Origin: Haliotis cracherodii
Lineage: Eukaryota
Direction of reading: 5' to 3'
NCBI RefSeq assembly: GCF_022045235.1
Contig: NW_027266275.1
Location: 59,520,001-59,584,000, forward strand
DNA length: 64,000 nucleotides
Shown: piece by piece, positions 13,381-26,964 of the stretch
How positions within the stretch are numbered: the stretch's first letter is position 1
Layout of the letters: each line of letters opens with the position of its first letter
The notes under the pieces: model-generated
Told to the model about the DNA's origin: nothing
Databases searched by the model: none
What the model saw: the letters and a program-made list of their open reading frames with translations, nothing else
Position numbers and translations under genes: made by a program

Positions 13381-14939
13381 AGGAAGGTCACTTGATGTAA
13401 TCGTCAACCAGGGATACTGTGAGATAGTTTGGTATTTATTGAACAAGCCATGAAGGCTTTTGGCCGTTTACACGCAACTGGATCTTTGATCTTTCACGGC
13501 TCTTTAAATGACTATGTAGCGCTCTAGCTTAGATATATTGTTTCTTAAATGGTGAGTTGTTTAAAGGATAAAACAAAATCAGTTTAGCAGCGACAAAAAT
13601 GTCTACTAGCTAACTTGGAAATCTGCCAACACAACTGACATGAACGTGTCCTTATGAATCTTAGTCTTGGACTAACTGGGTAGCGTCCATTTGTAACATC
13701 GGGAGTCTCGCCCGATGGGCAATAAAATATTCACAATTCTGAATGAGGTAGGTCACATCTAACAGCCGCTACTCGGCAGGGAAACCTAATATATATTGGT
13801 TATCATAATTATTTGAAGTTAAAATAACCAACCAGGATCTGGGTCTTACATGTAGCTCTACGACCATAGTAAAGCCATGTTTTAGCAAAAGGGTTCATGC
13901 AGACTGCAGCTGCTTTGAGGAACACGACATACGTGGGCATAAACCACAGGAACACTGCGACATGTTAAAGTTTAAAATTTGTTATACATTCTCAAATTAT
14001 CTTGCAAAGGCGAAAAACTCATGATAATATTTCAAACACAGGAGTTTTAAGGCATACCGTCTCCATTTTGTTAATGATAAGTGAGGTTACTTTCAAAAGT
14101 GCTTAAGCATACTTTTTAAAGTATTACCAACCAAATAGACAGTCGTACACGCATTATTGCTCGTTTGATTGGCGTTAATGTTGATGTAGAAAATATCATT
14201 GATTAAAGCCATGTGCGATATCCCACTTTCATTCCACAGAAGATAGCGTGCTGTGCATCACATCATACTAACACCAACCATGATGCTATTAAGCATCCTG
14301 TGTAAGTCTGTAATGGTAAACAGTGCTTTTACAACAAACTTACATTGGAAGAAAAAAAATGCAATATCTTAAAACGTTACCATGTTTTGGGCTGTGGATT
14401 TTAGTGGTATTGCCTGAAACTGAATAGGAGTTAGGAACACAAAATGGTTCCCTGCAGACTTGCTCATAACTTCTCCAGTTCTTCTGTGGAGTCTGGTGGA
14501 AATGAAATGGCCATTTCACGTGTCTGCGTATGCTGAAGTAAATGCGATATCCTTATAGCAATGCCGACGGCTGTGACTGTATCACAGCTCACAATGCACA
14601 CACAAAGGATACCATGAACACATAAACTGACAAAGAGGCAACACATACCAAGTTGACTGGCTCGGATTTATACTTCAACATTAGCAGACATCATCCTTCT
14701 TCCATCAAACGTCATAAAGAAATCAATGTGTCAAACCGTTCTTAACTTCTATACGTAACAAATGCAAACAAACACGCTTACATTGTAGTAGATGCTACTG
14801 TGGACTAATTCTTCTTCTGTTTGGCATCTCTATTATCACACGAGACGGTAAGTATTCATTTCGCAACTCTTTATTCAATTTGTAATAAAAACATTGTCCA
14901 TCTACCGACTAACGTCATCAGAGAACATGCACGCCTACG

Positions 14940-15160
14940 ACATCTCCAGACACCATCCCTTGTGTAAGGATTGCTTATACAAAGTGTTTGACAGGCGGGT
15001 GCAACCGATAGAGCAGGACATACTTACCCTTTTCGCGAACATCTGGTATCATCACTGATTTGTAGTACTTGATTCATATAATTGTCACCACTATGTTGCA
15101 TTTTACGACCAGTGGGATCTGTTTCGGGAGATACTAGAGATTGGTTATTCTTTTGCGATA
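14940..15160 (+). mobile_element. Retroelement family F, 3' UTR fragment
   Basis: ggcgggtgcaaccgatagagcaggacatacttacccttttcgcgaacatctgg. Confidence 0.65.
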
Positions 15161-16644
15161 TATGTATAATATGTCCCAAGTAAAGAATATCAGAAATTGA
15201 TTCACCAGGTTAATCATGAGGTCAAGGTATTACGAAATGTCTTACTTTTCTCGCGAACATATATACATGAGAGAAGCAAACGTCAAATTCAAAGCAGCCT
15301 CTACTGCAACCCACGAAATAGTATTTCCAGATTTTCTCATGGGTTCGGATGATACTTACTGTGATCATATTTTCCAAAGATCTATCACGTTGGACTGTCT
15401 CACTCATTACCAACGTATCGAGGAGAGAAGCCAGTATGAACATACCTGTTTCTTCGGAGATCTGAACATGATTCAATTTAGACAATAAAATTGTTTACTA
15501 GTTCAGCCTTCGATTAACGATTCCCGTGTGTACGGCATCAGCAAACGTTAAAGTTATGACCGTCAGCCGTTATCATTTTGATTGCTGTGACGAGAGCCCC
15601 TTCTCATAGCGTATTATGAATGTGCGATTTACGCTGCTATTGATTCCAGACTGACGGCCATTGGCTGGCCACTCTGTTGGGAAGTTAGCTAATGCTCAGG
15701 GCTCATTGATAACGTACTCAGGCTGCAGTACTGTTAGACGCTTACAGTGGCATCATGGGAAGTTTTTTCCGGTGTGGTTAGAAGTGTGAAAATAACGTCA
15801 GAGGCGTGTAATAAAATCTCGACAGTGTTGGAACATCTGTGAAGACTCACAAGTTTGGACTCATGCGAAGATTTATTCAGGCGGGGCAACAGAAGATTAA
15901 ACCGTGAGTATATTATGATTATTTTATGCTAAAGCAATAAAAATGTCACATTGCGTAATGTTCATCTGTACTGTAAAAAAGTACCCTGCTTTTGACGAAA
16001 TCATACCATGGGAATAAATATATACATTTTTACGCGTTTACTTATACATCTCAGATGTAATTCGTATAGTAACAAGATGAAATGTCCGATTGTTGGTGGA
16101 ATTTTATAACGTTTCCAGTATAATGCTGTCGGGGCGCTGTCGGCACAGCTTGTTGAATACAAATATGCACAAAAAATGCAATTAGCATTCCCACCCCCAA
16201 TAAAATCATGAGTTGTGAGTTAGTGCACGAGTTAGTTTCTCTTAACGAACGTTTCTTAAACAAATGCAATCTGATGTTAATCTATATTATTTAGCTTTTC
16301 CTCATTAAGAACGACGGGTGAAAAACATGACCCAGTATTCTCGACTTTTATCCTGGAGGTACATGTTTGGGAATCGAAGGTACCTATTTATAATAGAAAC
16401 CTTATTCATGTTTGAAGTACATTCTTACAGTACCTATGCCGAAAACGATCTCATTAGCGATACTTATCGATTTCAAGTAAGACTTCAACACTTCCCGACA
16501 TATCACAGTTATATTTTTGAGTAAATCATGTTTAGCAGCGTAATCGAAAATCAAGACTAAGTGGTTTGCAATAGTCGGTGTGTGGGGTAATTATGGCGAA
16601 CCTAGTCGGTGTACGATCTTAAACTAATGATCCAGGCTTTTTTG

Positions 16645-16803
16645 ACTGAGTGAGTGAACTTTAAGGCGTTTCTAGCAATATTCCAGTGATAACACGACAG
16701 GGTTACCAGAAATGGGCTTCATACATTGTACCATGTGGCGACTCGAACCCAAGCCTTCGAGAGACGAGCAAAAGCTTGAACCACTAGGCTACCCCACCGC
16801 TCC
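16645..16803 (-). mobile_element. SINE family A, diverged copy
   Basis: Colinear with the 10033-10194 copy. Confidence 0.85.
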
Positions 16804-16930
16804 TGGATCATACGGAATGGATCGCCGTTGTGAGCACATCTGTAGTTATCCACTGCCCTTCTGTGCATTCGTATTAATTTTCCAATAAGAATATGAATAT
16901 CACAGTAGAGGGGCATTCTTAAGGAAATGT

Positions 16931-17135
16931 GACCTTCTCCGTGGTCTAGTGGATAAAGCGATTTCCCTGAGAGGGGGTGGTCGGTAGTTCGATCCCCGTA
17001 CGCGTCATACCAGATTACGTTCGAAGATCGGAATGGGGCTTGGTATTTAAGGGATGGAAAACAATGACTTGTAGGCTAGTAGTCCGTATTCTGTCTCTGA
17101 CATGCACGTACGCACGCACGCACGCACGCACGCGT
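16931..17135 (+). mobile_element. SINE family D, internally deleted, ending in (GCAC)n
   Basis: ctccgtggtctagtgg..gttcgatcccc..cgcgtcatacc. Confidence 0.75.
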
Positions 17136-18825
17136 TTTACTTTACGGAAATATACCTGTGTACAAACACGTGTTATTTATGGTTGTATTAAATTACGACT
17201 GATACTAACACCATTTCCCCGCTATACCTATCCATACAGTGAAATCTTGCCAAAAATATATGGATTGATCATGGATCGATGACATAAGGGAAAGATGTTT
17301 TCATTTATCTTGTCACGGCGGCCCGCGTTCTTAAATGGGATCTGGCGCAGCCAAACCAGTACCTGTAGTGGAGTGGATGATCATCGATTCCAGCCTTAGG
17401 AATACAGTTTCACATCAATACAACCGAGTATCAGCTTGTAGAGCATTGTGTAAATGGATCGCCTGTACAATATCAATCTTCCCAATTTGTTATGCATTCA
17501 TTTTGATTCCCGATTTTGTAGACTCCACAAACGGTCCTTGGAAGAAACTTTTCAAGTCAAGTCCTTAAGATAATTAGGCGTATTGTTGACACTGGAACAT
17601 ATACGCCACGGGCGAAAGGCATACAGTTAAGTCAATGAGCACTATATTAAATGTAGCACTTTAGTATTACCAAGGGTTAATGATTTTCTTTATTGATACA
17701 CTTAGAGGAATTGTAATATCAGACTAACTTCTGTTACGATTACAAGATCATCCATCATAGGTTATTGATTGGATGTGGGCAGATTTGAAATATTACTTTT
17801 ACTCAGGTCAAGGTGGGGCTGAATTAAAAAGAAACTAATTTGATTATATCATGCGTATTTCATCATTCCGTAATCTAACGTTTCAAGTAGCAAAGCATTA
17901 ATACGATCGAAACAGTACATTAGGGAATTAGGAGGAGCACCATCACTGTGATGGATTGTCGTAAACATGTATGATATTTTTGTCAAGAGTTTATATTAAG
18001 CTCAAATACTTAATGCTCTGAATATGATATATGTTCTGAAATGTTGATTATGTCAAATGTTTCATTGAGATCTATAAATTCAGCATTCTTTGACTTCGAT
18101 CTTTGCAGGTCTCATGAAATAAAGTCGTTTTCATTCTAAAGATTTATGATTGATTTTGAGCACACGACAATAACCACTGAAGCATATCAAATTCACAACA
18201 TGCTGTATTATTCTGCTACGTAACCTAATAACCTTTGAATTTGACACAACTTGACATGAACACGCAGGCAATTACTAGCAACGCCTTACCATCGGTATGC
18301 CAAGAGGGAATTGCAGGATCAATTCAAAACACCGACAGTTATTTCATGAACATGATTACAGAAAGACGGTTACCCACGGTATATATGCCCATGTGATAAC
18401 ACACAGAGTGAATGAACAACACTTTAGGTTCTCTTTTTCCCGTAATCGTAAGAAATGACAAATATAAACAGTTGAAATGTAAAGACACACCCGAAGACGA
18501 TATCACATTTACCGTCCTAATGTCTCCAGTGGCTTGAACGTTTACCCTACAAGACACAAATTGAGGCTATTTGACCAAGCAACAAAAGCCAATTGTTGCT
18601 CGTACAACAACGAGTGTCTTCAAGCTGCATTCTACAGCTCACACTTGACATAAAATGATCACAAGCCTCGCATAATGGGTACCCATATAACGTGACTGCA
18701 TCGTAATGTAAATATACACTACCATCGATCTATTTATGTTTTCTTACTTAATTTGTTCTCAGTTTGTTAATCACCTCATACATTTACGGGACAGCTGTGG
18801 TATAAATGAAGACAAAGTAGACACG

Positions 18826-18947
18826 TGAATTTCAACTTATTTATCTTCAGATCGACGTTTGACTAAAGCTATTAGTTCCTTTATTATGCCAGAAAAAAGC
18901 ACACGTACGGAGACATCGCATTGAAAGAATAAAGAAGTTGAAATCCA
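18826..18947. mobile_element. Degraded fold-back Penelope-like pseudo-LTR pair
   Basis: Inverted copies of the aataaagaagttgaaatccac terminus shared with the 44423 element. Confidence 0.5.
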
Positions 18948-19096
18948 CCAATCCCTTTATTACAAAATACGGTAGTTATAGCCTCATCCTGAAGACCTCA
19001 CATAATTTACATCACATGACTGATCTCTTGTCACTTTTTGACTACTACACTCTTCAAATCCAACAGCTGGCCTCGGATCGCTTCTGAACTAGCTAG

Positions 19097-19215
19097 GACC
19101 CGTGAAGATCCGGGGTAGAATAGGTATTCAGCAACCCATGCTTGCCATAAAAGGCGACTATGCTTATCGTAAAAGGCGACCAACAGGATCGGGTGGTCAG
19201 GCTCGCTGACTTGGT
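19097..19215 (+). mobile_element. SINE-like family B, 5' head (GACCCGTGAAGATCC...)
   Basis: Same head in the 49646, 36572 (-) and 10265 copies. Confidence 0.85.
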
Positions 19216-19289
19216 GCGACTTGGTTGCTCGCCCCATGATGTATTGTGTCGATGTCAACGTCATTTTGAAGGTCGTTCAGGCATAAAAT

Positions 19290-19578
19290 ATCTTGTAAAG
19301 GTTTCATGCAGAAAGTATTGTCAATATGTTCTGGACAAAAAGAAATATTTTCACGAGTGATTGGCAAATACAAAATAAAAGAAGGGAGAGGTCACTTATT
19401 ATCATTGTAAAGTAAATTCCAAAACGCTTATGTACAAACTATTTGTAGCATATGTGATTAAAATTGTTGTGTGCATGATCTCTCAGGCGGTGCCTTGAAG
19501 ATTTTCGATGACCTCTGATGAAGGTCGTGGTCACCAGAAACGTTTTTGTCAAAATATTGAAAAAGTGTATTCATTCAT
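19290..19578 (+). mobile_element. Possible Penelope-like 3' remnant with a degenerate hammerhead-like motif
   Basis: ORF tail KGFMQKVLSICSGQKEIFSRVIGKYKIKE, then ctgatgaaggtcgtggtcaccagaaacgtt at ~19516. Confidence 0.35.
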
Positions 19579-21265
19579 GATATCACAAAGCATTTGTCAT
19601 TGATAAAATATATACACACGAACATTGATTAAACACCGCCTGATTCAATATGCAATTAAGAAATATAATGTCAAACAAGGGAACCCTGAGACCTAGAGAA
19701 CCTCCTGTTCAAAACCTGAATGAACTGACCCTGGCAGTGCACCAGGAATCAGACGTCTGATCACCAGCATGAAACCCCTCGCAAATGTCATCCGTGAGAA
19801 GGATGGATACACTAGAAAGTGATTGCAGAGTCAGTGGTGATTCCTTGTTTGACAAAAATAGTTTTTCACTGCTTCATGTGACAGTCTGATCCGTATTGTG
19901 ACTGGGTGCTTGCTTTTTTCAGTGGTGTTATAATGAACGTTGTTTGACTTCATGGCATAACGCGAGTAAATCACTTCCTATTGCTTCTGTCAGAGTCAGT
20001 ATTTGTGTGATGGTAGTTCCAGGCGGTCTATGTGTCAGTTTACTACTCTTTTGTCATGTTTCCAACAATGAATCACGCCAGTCATTTTTTAATGTATCAT
20101 ATCCTAAGAGGTGGGTGGTGTTTAGTTAATGGATGTTTATGCATGTGTTTACTCCCAAACCGAAAGTGATGTCATTTGACCGGAAGTTCATAGAACTTGT
20201 TTTCCAGGCAGTTAGAGCAATGCGTTGCATCATGACTGCAAGTGATCAAGACCAGTGGAATACGTAAAATGCCTCATCGTGAGCCTCGTTGTCAATTGTC
20301 ACGTTCTGATCAGACCTTTCGTAGTTAAATACTGGTTTCAGACAAGTGTGGTTTATGCCGAATTCATCAGACAGGTAAAAGTCCGATAACCAGCCAAATA
20401 TGGCAATATTAAAGTCACATGAGCAGTGTAGATCCATCTTCCCGAGACAGGAGAGTTGACTGATTTTAAAAGTCCAGTTTATCCTTTGCCGAACTAGGCT
20501 GGCATTACTGGGCTCGATCGTAGCGGCACCAGTGACTATTACCAGATATGTTCCTTCTAAGCCTCCCCTATGGACCAATCAGATTCAACCTCTCGTATCA
20601 CAACAAATGTTGGCGCCCAGTCAGGACGATATGATCGATTATCAAGATCTGTATTGTGATGAAACGGGTCTTACATCGCGAAATGCATCAAATCACGTGA
20701 GCACCTTGATTAAAAACATGATAAGATTTGGAAAATATCTGCTGACAGCGAGTTGGCGGTGCACATGCTTTGCAAATCCTGCGAAATTTGCACGACAGTT
20801 TTCGAACCGGATTTCGATTTTTTCGGACATTTATAGTCAGTCAACTCTCTTGCCTCGGCAAGATATTTAGATCTGGCCTGGTATCATAAATGAAAGGTTA
20901 CATATGAACGTCGTTTACGATGTCAGAGGTCACACACGACAGGTCAAGTTTGATTTCATGCAATTTATTGAAAATGGTCGCATTCAATCGCCTTAAAAAT
21001 ACTCTTCGTTTGTAACGACAAACTCGAAGGACTTCGATCGAAGGTTTGCTCTGGATACTATTTAAATTGACACCAACCACATACTTGTACGCTTCAGAGA
21101 AATGCTACAGATATTTCTTAATTTGTTCTGGTTTGTTTAATTTAGTTTAAATATGTTATATTCTCATAAAGAGGATTAGGGATAGGTTATCACAAATTAT
21201 ATCGCTCTTTCTCATAAATTTACACGTATGCTTATTCATAATTAATACATTAAATGACAGAAAGA

Positions 21266-21548
21266 GTGAGTGAGTGACTGAGTTTGGTTTAACGCCGCTT
21301 TTAACAGTATTCCAGTTATATCACGGCGTGTCAGCTTAATGTGGGAGGAAAGCCCGAAGTGATGCAGGTCTCAGACGCTTACCACTTCGGTGAAACCCAC
21401 GAGCACGGGTTTGATGCTGACAAACCTAGAACATAATCGGGGCGAACCGGGATTCGAACCCACAATCATAGGTTCCTGGCGTGCCCAAGGGACGCAACTC
21501 TGCACAGCGAAGCGCAGCGCCTTAGACGACTGGGCCACCCGTGCCCCC
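21266..21548 (-). mobile_element. SINE family C (tRNA-Leu-like head with long A-B box spacer), full length
   Basis: Minus strand GTGGCCCAGTCGTCTAAGGCGCTGCG...GTGGGTTCGAATCCC; 14-bp TSD aaatgacagaaaga (21252-21265 / 21549-21562). Confidence 0.92.
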
Positions 21549-24359
21549 AAATGACAGAAAGAAAAGAGAAAAACATATGTGGATTAACATTTCTCACATC
21601 TTGTTTTGTTTGTTGAGAAATACATGTGTATGAGCAGGTCGAATTGAATTCTGTGATGGTAGTGAGGGATAGGCATACTGTGAAGCACTGTAACATACTG
21701 AGTTTTTCAGTCGTATTACCGAATGCTAGCTATACATGTATGCAGGCGAAAACAATGCGGCATGAGCATTATGCCGACAAACCAATGACAATGGCTTGTC
21801 CGAGTTTTGGTCCGCAGAGCAATCGGATACAGGTATCAGAGATGTTTTAACAACGCATCGGTTATGTCTGTTATAACGTCAGCATGCATACATCATTATT
21901 GATAGATTACACATTCCTTAATACGAATTCCTCTCCATAACATAACATTTAATTGTTATCAAGATTTTACAAGAATCGACAAGGGATTAATGAATGTGTG
22001 TCTCAACATTGAAATATCTGTCTTTCACGTTTTCTCTTTACATCCGCCATGGAGTGGTGCCTGATTTATCCTGCTAGAGATCGGCCCCGAAATGTTAAAG
22101 TGAATTCCAACAACTTGAAGAAGTCGCGTCCATCCGAGTACGCAATGAATACTTTTTATGGCCTACCATATTGATTTTATATATGGACAGCTTATAACAC
22201 ATTACAAATCAAGCCTCTCATACAAGATGATGTTCTTCTTTTTCAAGAAATGAAATTGTTCAGTATGAGGGAAGCCAATTCATCTTCCTGTCATTTGAAT
22301 GTGTTGTTCTCGTAGTGTTGGGATAATGTCAAGACACGCAGAAACCATTCCAATCCATCATCTGGTAGGCTATCTACATACAACTCTACGTGAAGTGTTA
22401 AACATTACACAATCAGACGTTCACTTGAGACGTACTCGCGACGAAGAGGACATTACGCCTCAATATTAGGCCATTGTGATGCACATACACGACCATTTAA
22501 ATAACAGTAAGGAGGCTTATAAAATCTCGTAAAATAGAATACGGTAAAATATTTTCGTAAAATATATTGGATCATCTCGGGAATGTGACTTTCTGATGTT
22601 TGAATCTGCGTTAACCTGAACTATGTGATATCATATTTGGTTAAAACAATATTTATAAAGTTATTCCAAAGACACCTCCTCCCCTGTTGATCGTAATGGA
22701 TGTGTAAAATTGAATCAAGATGTGCAGGCTTTATCGCTGGTTGAATTGTATATAGAGAGTAGTGTCTAAACTTTTTCGATAGAGCTGTGTGTTAAATCCA
22801 TCGTATTTTCTTCTTGAATGTTCCATATTATACGGGAGAGTTGCTGATAAGCGACGAATCTCTCATAAAGGCAAATGTTTGTGTCGGGGATACATGACTT
22901 GTCCATTTTGGCTGAGAATATTCGCCTTATCAATCATTGCACAACTGAGCTAAACTAAGATTTTAAACAAAGAAAATGGAAGGGACTATCGTTTTTTGTG
23001 TGACATTGAAACTAGACAACGTGCAACAAGAAAATAGACTCTTTGTTATAGGCAAAGTAATTAGCCTACGTACCACGTAGATGTCTTTCTGAATTAATGT
23101 TGGAGCCATTTGCATGTTAAACTAGATGTCTCCTTTGTTCAGCATTAAAGTAATTCGTCGATACAGAGCCGTGGTAACCCACTCCTTTTACAAGTTTTAA
23201 AATAAAGTTAATTACCTTAAAACATGAATTTCTGCCTATTTTGACAAACATGAAATGCTGATTATAATATCCTAAGGTACTTTGTTAACGATTTTGCATG
23301 GCTTTAAACGTCGACACAAATACACACAAATGCACGTAACTTGTAAGCCTGGCTTTTCCACTATGTAAACCTAATTAAAGGACATAACTACATCGCTTTT
23401 ACAACGGTTCAAGTGACTAAAACTGAGTTTTTTAACGAGGATGCTGTTTTCTAGATGGATTCATATGTGGTGTATCTTTCCAAATATTCCCTCTAACTTT
23501 GTTGTCTTATTTACAACTAATGACTTATGACAGACACTATGGCAGTTCGCCTGTAATTCTCTGCTACTTCTACAGGGTCTTACAATAATGAAAATACACG
23601 ATGATTGAAATAGTCCCTAATATTGTAATGGTTGTATTTTTGACAGTGACAAATGCTTATTGATAACACAAAGTCAAAATATGTTAATTTAAAGAACGAC
23701 TTTTTCAATTTGTGATAAATGGGCACATTTAACATATATGAGTGCTATTATCTTGTCAAAATCAAAGACAATTTCTTGGGAATGCTATCTCCGTGGTAAA
23801 TACAATATTTATCATCCAAGAGAATGTCCTAAGACATAGTGTCTCCTCTTCCTTTGTCCCCTCACATGACCAAAATCATTATCAAATTCCAATGACAAGA
23901 CGCCATAGCGAGTTATCAATTCCAAATCGTGTAGGACACAATGGAATTGCTTTATTTCCTTAATAATCCAGGGAACACCTGCTTGATATATCACAGGACC
24001 TCAGAAAAATGAACAACATAATCTATTTGTGTTTCTGTTGCAACGATTTAGCCACGAATCACTCACTTTGAAAGCCTCATTTTTGCCCTTTTGCTTATTA
24101 TATTCCTCAAAGTGTATGTTAGTATAATATAATTTACAGTGCTGAAAATCGTGTTTTGAGGGAGCAATTGTTAATATTTATCAGTGTTAAGTCATTAGAC
24201 GAAGTAAGTGTACGTGAAATCTTGACATGAATGTGCATGTACATTTCAACAAAGAAGTAACAATAATTCACGACACAGAATGTATCCAGTAGTGGCTAAC
24301 ATAATTAAAAACTGGATTTCAAATAAGTATGTGATCGTGTATTGAAACCACTGAAAATA

Positions 24360-24490
24360 NNNNNNNNNNNNNNNNNNNNNNNNNNNNNNNNNNNNNNNNN
24401 NNNNNNNNNNNNNNNNNNNNNNNNNNNNNNNNNNNNNNNNNNNNNNNNNNNNNNNNNNNNNNNNNNNNNNNNNNNNNNNNNNNNNNNNNN
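24360..24490. other. Assembly gap (131 N)
   Basis: Run of N. Confidence 1.
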
Positions 24491-25255
24491 TTTATAACGT
24501 TGGTTTACGCCGGTTTGGTGCCTACAAACCGTGAAGCATAATTAAGGTGGTTCTGTGACTACGCTAAGGGACGAAATCCTGCACAGCCGCAACAATTATG
24601 TTAATCATCACTGACATTTACAAAAGGAATATAAGAATATAATAAGATAGTCCCCGAGTGTGACCAAGTTGCACCCTATGTCCATATAACACGAGTTTTG
24701 CTCGGTACACGACGTCTGGGTAGTGGAAGCCTTTCAACCGGCTTACTGAAAGCAGTCACAGCTTTACATTAATTCTTAAATCATGCTGACAATGGAAGGA
24801 ATATGATAAAAAACTTGAACTTGAAATATCGCTAAACGGATCCTTATATCACGTTGCGGTATTCTGAACATATAAATAAGTTATGAATTTGACAAGATTT
24901 CCTGTCATCCCGAAGGATATGGTTCACAGGAAACATAAATCACTTCTGATTGAACATGCTGTTTTCCAGTTATATCTAATTCCCCAAACAATAGAACACA
25001 GTTCAATCAGAAATTGTTTGATGACGTTCGGTGATTTTTCGAAAACGGAATTCACATGACTGATTCTATAAAATCTAAACGTGACAGATATTTCTTGTCT
25101 GCTTATGTCACTTCAAAATCTCTGTTTACAGGAATATACATGTTTTAATCACTGGGTAACGCAACTCATCACATCTAATTGTGGCGGCCACAGGACCACA
25201 CGTGCCCAAAAGGTATACATGGATATTTAATGTGGCATGTGTCCTTCACATAAAG

Positions 25256-25380
25256 ACAGCCTCCGTTGTCTAGTGGGAGAGCGTCCGCCCGGAGAGCGGA
25301 AGGTCCGGTGTTCGATCGCCGGCCGCGTCATACCAAAAGACCTTAAATATGGTACTTGTTGTTACCCTGTCTGGCGCTTA
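25256..25380 (+). mobile_element. SINE family D, 5' half
   Basis: Matches the head and central domain of the 28630 copy. Confidence 0.85.
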
Positions 25381-25585
25381 TGCCTCAATGTACGCCAAAA
25401 GTAAAATGAAACTTTTCTTAAAATTATAAGCCTTCATTATGAACCTAAAGGGCCAGCAACTGCCTTTTTGAAATTATATATGTTGTCAATATCTACCGTT
25501 ATGTTTGTAGAGCTGACACAAATTCTTAATTACGGGTATATGAGAAAATTAACGAGATCAAAGAAAGAAATGTCCAAGACAAGGT

Positions 25586-25771
25586 TCAGTGAGTTGGGTT
25601 TAAACACCTCTTTGAGCAGTATTCCAGTTACCAGTACATCACGGTGCGTCAGCTTACAGATAGAAGTGATGTAGGTCTCAGACGTTTATCACTTTGGTGA
25701 AACCCACAGGCATGCTGCTGACAAACTAAGCAACATAATCGAGGGAACCAGGATTCGAACCCACAACCCAT
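25586..25771 (-). mobile_element. SINE family C, 5'-truncated
   Basis: Colinear with the 21266 copy from the tail to the B box. Confidence 0.85.
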
Positions 25772-26964
25772 AAACAGATTTAAGAACCTGAAGAACACCG
25801 AACATGCATAACACGAAGTTTAATGTTTATTTGCGAAATTACCCAAATGTTCATTCAATACTGTAACACACATGCACATAATTTTCCGCAAAGATGTGAT
25901 AAACTCTTCATTAAAAACAGGTTGCTCAAATCCGATCGGGATTTTAGATTTCATTAATCAGGTTTGGGTTCAGTAAAATCGACAGGAGATACATTAACAA
26001 CTTGAATTGGCTAGAAAGGGCAGGGTTATCGGTTCCTTGGCCTCATTTAAGCACTTAGATGTACCCATACGTTGGAATCTGGAAATTCCATTTCCAAACC
26101 ATTAGGATCCGTCAAGCAAGAATCAAGCTGGAAATAGTAATGCAACCTGGCCATTGAGAGCTTACTGTACTCATGTGAAAAGGGCAAAAAGAAATGCCAT
26201 TCATTGTCGTTACTTGACGGTCATTTTACTGCTTTCAAGATATAATCTCTCAAACTATCAGACCGATGGACTGAATGACTTCTTTCAGAAGACACAGTCT
26301 CGGATCCACCAAAGATGTTGTCATTTGTGTCTGAAAGAATACATATAGCGCTTCCGATTTCAAATCAGTAACAGTGATCCATTATTCCAACTCTAACAAC
26401 ATGTATGTCTTTTATGACGTTGCATGGTAGTGGTAAGGCAAAAATGTTTTTCCCGTGACAAGGTAAGTCAGCCACTGTCAAACAGCGCAATTCTGTGGAA
26501 CGTAACAGATACAATGGAAACATGAAGGTCAGCGTTAGAGTCAGTTCAATTCCCCGCCCACACGTTCAAGTTTAGGTCTCGTCTTGTTTGCCACTGATTC
26601 AACGCAGAAAAATGATATATTATCGAAGATTGGCAAGAGCACCACTGTGGCCACAGAAGATGACATGTGAAGTTTGCGAACTCTTAATACTAATGCCATG
26701 ATAGTCTGAGGTATGATAAATTCGTGGCTTTGTGTAACCTCACAAAGTTAGTCGTACCCAAGTTATTTTATATTATCAATCCTTTATGTTTAAGCTTGAC
26801 CTGAAACCATACTTTTGACTTCTGATCATGTGTTTCTGACTTAAAGCCCTAATCGTTAGTATATTATATAGGAAGTGAAGTTAGTATCATGATATATATG
26901 TGAAACAGTACTTATTGGATTAAGGACATGAAGTTAGATCAACACGAAACATACTTTCTTACAG

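Noticed and set aside
15216-15488. 90-aa ORF ending in FFGDLN
   Set aside because: GDLN alone is insufficient to call an endonuclease
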